The notes under the pieces: generated by a model | Told to the model about the DNA's origin: nothing | Databases searched by the model: none | Seen by the model: only the letters and a program-made list of their open reading frames with translations | Shown: positions 56,222 through 64,000 of the stretch, in pieces | Layout of the letters: every line of letters begins with the position of its first letter | How positions within the stretch are numbered: the first letter of the stretch is position 1 | Assembly: GCA_024704765.1 (NCBI GenBank) | Contig: JAKMXF010000332.1 | Span: 1,285,458-1,349,457, forward strand | DNA from: Oopsacas minuta | Taxonomy: Eukaryota > Animalia > Porifera | Direction of reading: 5' to 3' | Length of the DNA stretch: 64,000 nt | Translations under genes and position numbers: made by a program

Positions 56222-56700
56222 TCTATAATCTATATTATTAAATCTCAATGATTATTTGTCTGTTTGTCTGTCTGTTGTCAAGGAAGGATTTATGGTATGC
56301 AATTTTGAAATTGTCTCATACTATATATTTATCGTGCTTATCAAGGAAGTAAATAGAATTCAATAAAATTGACTAATATATCAAACATGCTGAATCCGAT
56401 TTTCACATTTTGGATTAATCATATGTAAATTTATTGTTGTTTTAGGAATATAGAGTAAACAAATTTCAAAATTGAGGTAAAATCATACTTTCAACGACTA
56501 TCCTGGAGTAATCGAGCATGCTGAGTCCAAATATGGTATTGTAAACAACATATTGTCAATATTTGTTTACTTTTAGGTACATAAAGTAAACAATTTTCAA
56601 AATTGTTGTAGAAACATGATTTCAACGACTATACTGCATACTGGGGTAATCGAGTATAGTGAGTCTGAATATTGTAAACAACATCAATAGTATTAAATCT
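56222..56700 (+). mobile_element. Helitron-like non-autonomous element, 5' portion with internal repeats
   Basis: A|TCTATAATCTATATTATTAAATCTCAAT plus GTCT/GTTT microsatellite; internal blocks recur inverted near 21240-21380 and 21555-21600. Confidence 0.55.
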
Positions 56701-57585
56701 CAATTGTTGTTGTCTGTTTTTGTCCTGTGAGTACCTCGAGGCGCAATGCGCGCCGAGTTCATCGCGAAGCGACGAGCCAAGGCTCGTGTAATGTAAATTT
56801 GTTTAACTTTTCAATGAAAATTTTCATTTTCTTGAATATTTGTAAATTGTGCGAAATGGGACAGTAAAGGAAAGAAATCTAGCAATTCTATTTGCTTGAT
56901 TCATTTCCAAGTGGCGAGGTATTAAATGTCAACCCGCATGTGAAATCAGGTAAAAAGTGTAACAATGTGGAATAAATTCAGGAATGTTCCGAAACAGTCA
57001 ACAAGCTCGTTTTAAAATCTTCTGACTCCCTCCCAATGGAAATGTGTTTAACTAGTGCAATTACAACTTTCCACAACGTGAAAAATGTAAATACATAATA
57101 ACCTTATCTTATCTCAAAGGTAAGTTATACGCGTACAGCATTGCTAATCCCGAGAGGATTAACATTGTCAATAAGTGAGAAACAATATTCCAAAAGTGCT
57201 GATAGTTAAATTCCTATTATCTTACAAAAAAGCATGGGAACGAAAGGTAGAGAATGGGATTCAAATAATTTCAAAATTAAGAAACATGGACTGTCCGGAT
57301 CAGACATATGACAACACAAGGTAAACATCCCTCATAAATTAGATAAAATATTCGAATACAATATAGAAGGATAATTCAAAATTGTAAACTCACAAATCAG
57401 CTAAAATTCAAAAAATACAAATAACATTAATAAATTATAAATAATTACACTTTACCAAAGCCTATACAATTCAATAGAAATAAAACAGAATTAATATTTA
57501 CACAAACAATATATAATATAATTTTGCGCTAAATTACATATAAACAGATAAATATATCTATACAACCTGTCCGTGTATTCTGCGG

Positions 57586-60500
57586 TTAGCTAGTACGATT
57601 ATAGGAAGGTTCTAGAAAATGAAAATAGAAATCAAGCCTATCGATCGTTACGAGTATCAGACAAATAACAGACCAAATAACAACTCCAATCAAGAATATC
57701 CAATGGGAGAAAGGAGATTTATGTGGATTCTTATATTCACCCCTTTCGCGAATTATGACACGTCTGCTTGCAAACACGAGAGCGACAGGAATAAGATACT
57801 GCACACATACTCCAGCATAAGAACCTGTAATACCAACCAAAAGCTCAACATCCATGGTGAAGAATGCAATAATGAATGGAGGGACCATGGCCAAGAAGGG
57901 AAATATGACTTTATCAATAAACCAGTGATCAAATATTGGAAATCTAGCTACCAATGATGGGATAAGACACTTGAAGTACCCGTATAGAGATTTGAGGTTC
58001 TCTCGTAGAGTAATGCCGATTATAGGAAAGTTAGTGCTGAGAGTGAAAACAGGGAATAAAGCGAGGTAGTAGGATACAGGGTCAAATCCAATATTGAAGA
58101 AGTTAAGTGTGTACACATCTTCCATTTCGGAAGGGCTGAATCTATTAGAATATATAACGCAAAATTAAGCATGAAAAATGAAAATTTCTTAATCATGAGT
58201 GGTGTAATACATCGGCCTTGGTGAGAAAATTGTCTAATATCGGCTATATGTAAATATCACCTTTTCAGGTGTGTATTATTAGAGCTATAGCTGAGGAATA
58301 CACATACATAGTTACATACTATGCTGAATACGATACTTATTAAAGAGGTGTATAATTAGTACCTGAAAACTGCAGAGAATGACAGAGCCGCATAGTAGAG
58401 CAGTACACTAATATAATCAAACAGAATGAGAAGGTTTACTCCTTTCTTTCTCTTGAGAGGTGTTATCATTCCAGGCAGAGAGTGCTGACACATAAACGCG
58501 TATATTATAACTCCGAACAGATTGGGCAGATAAGCTATGTTGGCTACTGTAGCAATGTGATAGTTTCCTCTAGCTATATACACGAGAGCTATTAGTATCA
58601 TCATTACAAAAGCAACATTACGCATTATAGCAGTAATCAGTTGTAACCATTTAGATTTGCTTAAATTGAAGAAAAGGAAAGGTCCAAGGAGTACAATGAA
58701 TATAACCAAGTAGATCCTATCAAGATAATATTAAATTAGTTGTCATTCGTTATAGCGGGATTAAATTCATTACTTGTAAGCTATGTGATTAATATGAATA
58801 ATAGATACGATACTACTCTAAGAGTTCAAATAAACGGGGTTTGTTTCAACCACGCAGTTCATTAAATTCAAAATTGTAAACCCACCCCGGTCAACAGTTT
58901 ATTCGAACCCCTGCATTAAGTTATAACTAATAAGAAGAACATTGTTGTATGATAAAGTTATAAACTTTTCAAAATGAAAATTAGATGGAAGGATTCTGGG
59001 ATTTTTGACAACTTCTGTTAAAACAGTTATATCCAACTTGGATAATAGCATAACCAGATGTAGAATCCCGTAAGTATGTGTTTTGGATAATATTAACTCC
59101 GGGTAATAAATACTAATAAATTTTGTGAACACAAATTCATAAACCCTTACATATCAATCTAAATTCTCGGTTATAGTAAGTATTAACTGAGTTCTAGTCT
59201 ACTATCGTAGACATCGGAATTTTCGCTCTCCGATGCTTTGTATTTCGAAAAGAACGAAAATACTTAAATAGATTAATATGTGGATAACGTATAACACGTA
59301 TTAAATGTATAATACGTTTTACGATATTTATACGTCTAGGTTAATCTCGAAATAGGAGACTTTGATAATTGTTAGACATGTTTTCTTCACAAAATTAACA
59401 TCTACAGTGGACTCTCGTTAATACGAACACTGTTAATACGAATTTCCGGATAAGACAAACTAATGTTCACCTACAGTTGGGTATATTTTTCCAGAATTGA
59501 TTGAAGAAAATGGAGGATACCCAAGGCTGATATTTGGGATACAGGGGTATTTTGGGCCTGGCTCGGACAATTCGAGGCTTAGACGAAAATTCACACCTAT
59601 GACGAAATTATGACGTCATTGTCACCCTTTTGGATTTTCGAAAAATCACATTATTTACCACTGCTCAGCCAATATACAAGATAGAAGTTGAAAATTTGAA
59701 TTACAGGTACCCCTTAATGTGACAAATGTCCTGATTCTGACCAAAAGCTAACTCATCATGGGATTAATACGTTATCATGACTGTACAAAAATCAAAATTA
59801 TCCAAATTTCGAAAAATTTCAGAATTTCTAATACCAGATGCATAATGGACCAGATTAGTGAGCCAAAGACACGTAATAGCTCCAGTAGTACCACAAAAGG
59901 CAATTTGGATGGACTGTGGATAATAAAATCTTAAAATTTTAACTATTCTGTGAATTCGAGGTACGTAGTGGCGAGTATATTCTGTCGCATAGCGACAAAT
60001 AACACTACAAAATTGGCTGTTGAATACTTAAGCCAACCCGTAGTACTAAGCTGTCATGCAGCGACCTAGCAAGCGAAGCGCGCTAGTATATTATAAATTG
60101 GTTAACTATGCTGAGATTTGGCATCAAGATTTCCAGAAAAAAATCTTGATGCCAATTCTCCAATAGATATTCTGTTTTCATACAAAATATCTATTGGAGA
60201 ATTCAGCCTAATATAAATTACGTCACCAAAAATTGTAGGTTGAACGTATAATATGTATCCTAAAATACTTTCTATACCTTATGAGGCGTATTTTATAAGT
60301 TATACGTAATAGGTTTCATTAAAAGATGTATTAAACAACTTAGAAAATACAAACAAGAATTAGAATTATTCGTCATGCACAGAGTTATGTAAATTATGAA
60401 TCCTCGAGCGAAAATAAATTTAAATGAGAATCTGTAGACACAAATATTTTAAAATATATAATTATTTCAGGGACATATTTCCATACCTGTATAACCATAT

Positions 60501-62261
60501 TGGTAATAGAAATCCATAACATTCCTTTATTGAAAGTGTTGAGTTCACAAAATGCGGAATAATACAGGTTACGTTAACCAAACTCTTCGGAACAGTAACA
60601 AGATAGATAGCCATATCTCCGTAGAGATATAATATTATAGCGATGTAATATAGAACAATGCCTAGCTTGTTAAAGAACAAGTTAGCCATATCTCCTAGCT
60701 CAAATCTCTTGTTGATAGTGTAAGCTGAGGGAGAGGGTACACACTCTGTTAAGGTTAAGCTGGACTGTATCAGAGGAGATTGTAGCTCTGAAGACTGTTC
60801 AATGAGTGTAGCACTAGAAAACAATTGACGTGATATCGTCATGGTCTAGAAACAAGTTATTATAATAAATATGCTATTGATCAGGCTACTGTTCATGAGA
60901 AACTTGTTTGAGCATGAGATCCACCCAATTATTGGCCCCAGGACAGAATAACTAAATCCCAGGGTGGCGGAGAAAATCGAATAAACAGAGCAGTACGTAA
61001 CGTAACAATTGGTCACCCAACCTGTATTACATTCATGCAGGCAGCTAAGCGATATTAATTGTATGTAAATCCACCATTTGTCATGCTGTATGACCGTTTC
61101 CTTACTTCTATTACCACAACCAGGGATACTTCACATCCATTGGTAGTTTCCTTAACCTCTATGCTATGACTTCATATTATATACTTCTTATTTCACATCG
61201 AATTAATTGTATAGTATTCACAACGGAAATAATCAGGGTGGTGAAAATGCTGTAAACAGGCCAGTAATGTCTGTTCAGCAACAATTTTCCAGGACTGACA
61301 GTTTAGCTTTGTAGTTATTTGCATCTAAGCCAAGTATTACAGTAATAGTCTTATTTCGAACCGCTAACAACCTACTTCTGAATTTAGGTATTATACTGTA
61401 GAACATAGTAAATTCGAATATGTTTAAGGTCCCCCTGTCATGGTTCCCATCTCGTAGGCTCTGGATCCACCTGAGCATGAATGCGAGATTTTGGTTCATT
61501 ATTATTGTTATCTCATTATTTTATGACGTATCAGCTGAAAATTGGTTCATTCATAAGAGAAATTTAAAGGATAAAGTCAAATTTGATATAATCATATTCT
61601 AGACGAACAAAAAGTCATCTCGATTATCCTATTAGCTAGTTTATCACTGATGTTACCGAAAATTTCACTTTATCGACCAGTAATGGATAGTGTGAAACTT
61701 CCGTGACAATATATTTACAATTGGAAAATCTGTATAACAGCTTGTAGGTTGTTGTAATTTCATACTCCATAGGTTCCCACAGGATCATATTTTTTAGTCA
61801 TTTTCACGAACATTCGGCTAGTACATGAACATGGTGCTATGAACATATTACTAATATGTTGCATTAAAATTTTAAGGTGAAATATATCTTACCTTCATAT
61901 TTCTATCTTCAGGTTTTTCCTTACTCTTCCCATAAGCATTAGCAGTAGCCATTGCCTCAATAACATATGTAGCTGTCATATAGCTCAGTAGAGCCAGCAC
62001 TATCAATAAAACTAGGCCCAGTAGCCAGCCTGCCAAGGCGATTGCTTTAGGCATTGCTATTGCTCCCACTCCAACTATCAGATTCAGAATATACACAAAT
62101 GCGAATATTCGCGAGTAAGATTGTTCCTGAGGTTTACTCAACTTCTCTTCGTTACCCTCAGTATCATCTTGTTGATAGAGAGAGTCTGAATTTATAGCTC
62201 CAAAAGAAGAACCCCTTGGGGAATATTCGTCCTGACTTACCACCAAATCGTCATTATCCAT
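57586..62261 (-). CDS. TMEM104: Transmembrane protein 104 (SLC38A12, amino-acid transporter-like), 4 exons, ~545 aa
   Basis: Exons 62261-61893, 60845-60487, 58716-58363, 58141-57586 with consistent phases. Motifs NLIVGVGA, YLYGDMAIY, FMCQHSLP, LFPVFTLSTNFPII, LVGITGSYAG, HKSPF. The ORF extends upstream to 62426, so the start is uncertain. Confidence 0.93.
59660..60086 (+). mobile_element. Helitron-like element, 3' portion, in TMEM104 intron 2
   Basis: Uninterrupted homologue of the 29708-33209 host element; ends CCTAGCAAGCGAAGCGCGCTAG|T. Confidence 0.65.
60110..60207. other. Two abutting perfect hairpins closed by a short outer stem (Y-shaped fold)
   Basis: GGCATCAAGATTT-8 nt-AAATCTTGATGCC (60120-60153) directly followed by AATTCTCCAATAGATATT-14 nt-AATATCTATTGGAGAATT (60154-60203); outer GCTGA/TCAGC. 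Confidence 0.75.
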
Positions 62262-63518
62262 CGAAAAAGTGGTAAACCTGAATACTACTAGATTAGGCAA
62301 TAAGTATATTGGGCAGCGAACTGTGTAGTTCACGGTTGGACACACAAAACTATGAATTGACGTGGAGTGACTGTCCCAGAAAAATAAGGTCAGGCATATA
62401 CTAAAAGTACTGAGAGCATGCTTCATTTGTACTCAAAGCATGTTCCATTTGTACTTAAAGCATACACGCGCCTCAAAATACCCCAAAACAACATTCAAGC
62501 AGGTGGCCACTAACAGGGCAAATACACACTCCAGCAAGCAAGGAGTTAAAATGCCTAGGATATATACAAACCATATATTTAATAGCGTTAATCAATTGTC
62601 CAGATGGAGTATGCTCTCAGTGCAGATGGAGCATGCTCTCTGTGTAGATGGAGCATGCGTTGAGTACATTTAATACCTCACTTGTTGCAATTAAACTACT
62701 GACCAGGTCGCCCATACAGCCATAGCAATACCCATACTTGCCAACTGCCCCGTTTTTGGGCGGATGTCCCGCTTTTTCGGATATGGGTTAATTATCTACA
62801 TATAAAGTTAACATGTTAGTAGATCCCAGTGCGTCGTGTGGCTTTGAAATCTGGGGGGACAAATTCAATCTAGTGTGCAACAAGTTCTGGATGAGGTTTA
62901 TGGGCACTGTAAACAATCAGTAAGGTCTAGGAGCGAAACTCATCGTAAGAAATAATGTTTGATTTGCAATTATCTAAGGAAGTTGACACTTTCTGTCCTT
63001 TGGAGTAATGATGTGGGAGCTCGAAGAATATTTTGGATATTCTCTAAATACACAAGGAGTAAGGTTGAAAATTTGGGTGGGTATGTCAGGAAAAATTGGC
63101 CAGGCTAGACCAATTATGGTCCTACCTGGCCAAAATTGGTCGGGCCTAGATTTCTTCTAGAAGTAGAGTTAATTCATCAAAAAGATGTATTAAGAACTCC
63201 AAAACACGCAAAGAGACACTGGTAAGGTAACGTCAGGTTAATTAGCTAATTAGATAACAAAGCCATATCCAGAGCATTAAGTGCTCTTCATTTTTCGGAG
63301 CGTGCACTCGTTCCGGGCTCCCGCCCTGGAAAAGAACGGAGCTCCCACACCGCTCCTAACTCAGAAATGGAATGCTCTCTGGCTCTTGCTACCAATCGCG
63401 CTCATTTTCAATCACGCTGGACTCGAATCCAAGCAAGAGTTCAAATCCTCGTGTCATATAGTAGAGATAAATGATAGTAAAAATTGGTCCCCCCGACCAG
63501 TTTTAACCAGCCTAAACT

Positions 63519-63918
63519 GGTCCGTGTAATAGCCCAGATTATACCTCTTCCTCGAATATACCCGGGTATATTTGTCCTAGGACAGATTATACTCCCTGCC
63601 TTCATTATGTCATGTGCAAAAGTGTGGAGCGTCTGGTGTCATCTATGTAATTATAAAGCCCACGATACATGATGCAAATTTATTGGTTGCAACAAGGGGA
63701 TATACACATTACAACGTTTTGTTGCGTTTTCATGCAGCAATTTGCATCATGTATGGTGGGCTTTATGAATACATAGATGACAACAGACGCCCAACACTTT
63801 TGCGCATGAAGTAATAAAGGGAGGGAGTATAATTTGCCCCAGCCCATATTATACGATATATATTCTAAGGTAACCCGCTTCATACCAGATGGGATAGTCT
63901 GGGCTGCTACACCGGGCC
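63519..63918. mobile_element. Foldback MITE, ~400-bp imperfect inverted repeat
   Basis: Core arms ~63579-63695 and ~63720-63840 (TTATACTCCCT..GCAAAAGTGT..GTCATCTATGTA..ATAAAGCCCAC.ATACATGATGCAAATT) plus outer arms (GTGTA..AGCCCAGA). Confidence 0.8.
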
Positions 63919-64000
63919 TGCCAACTCTCCCGCTGACAAGCCGAGCACCACAAATCTAGAAACGAACTTGAAAATAAAAAACTGGGGATTGAAAATGAGA

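Noticed and set aside
56222-60086. One giant Helitron capturing TMEM104 exons 3-4
   Set aside because: TMEM104 is intact and colinear; separate 5' and 3' fragments of a dispersed family are more parsimonious.
62262-62426. 55-aa N-terminal extension of TMEM104
   Set aside because: No similarity to known TMEM104, and an acceptor-like TTCAG precedes the MDNDD start; probably intron or UTR.

Overview
AT-rich eukaryotic (animal) genomic DNA with GT-AG introns, some only 47-77 nt. The compact, transposon-rich style would fit a non-bilaterian such as a sponge, but that is inference only. Host genes: MCM2 (-, 8 exons including a 20-nt micro-exon, 905 aa) with a short MED1 (+, 2 exons) nested antisense in intron 4; an intronless B3GALT6-like GT31 galactosyltransferase; intronless BOP1; a single-ORF NLR (predicted tandem death-effector domains + NACHT + few LRRs) and, about 5 kb upstream on the same strand, a paralog encoding only the tandem-DED-like part; IFT74 (-, 5 exons); TMEM104 (-, 4 exons). 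Mobile DNA: three decayed FLYWCH-MULEs (one ending in a ~377-bp near-perfect foldback), an intact DD37D (maT-type) Tc1/mariner, mariner relics, a decayed hAT with TIRs/TSD, a LINE 3' relic, Helitron-like and Helentron/DINE-like non-autonomous elements, many MITEs and a (TAC)n microsatellite. The most interesting region is 29.7-42.2 kb: a tDED-NLR and tDED-only pair among nested transposons. No rRNA, tRNA or CRISPR features were recognised.
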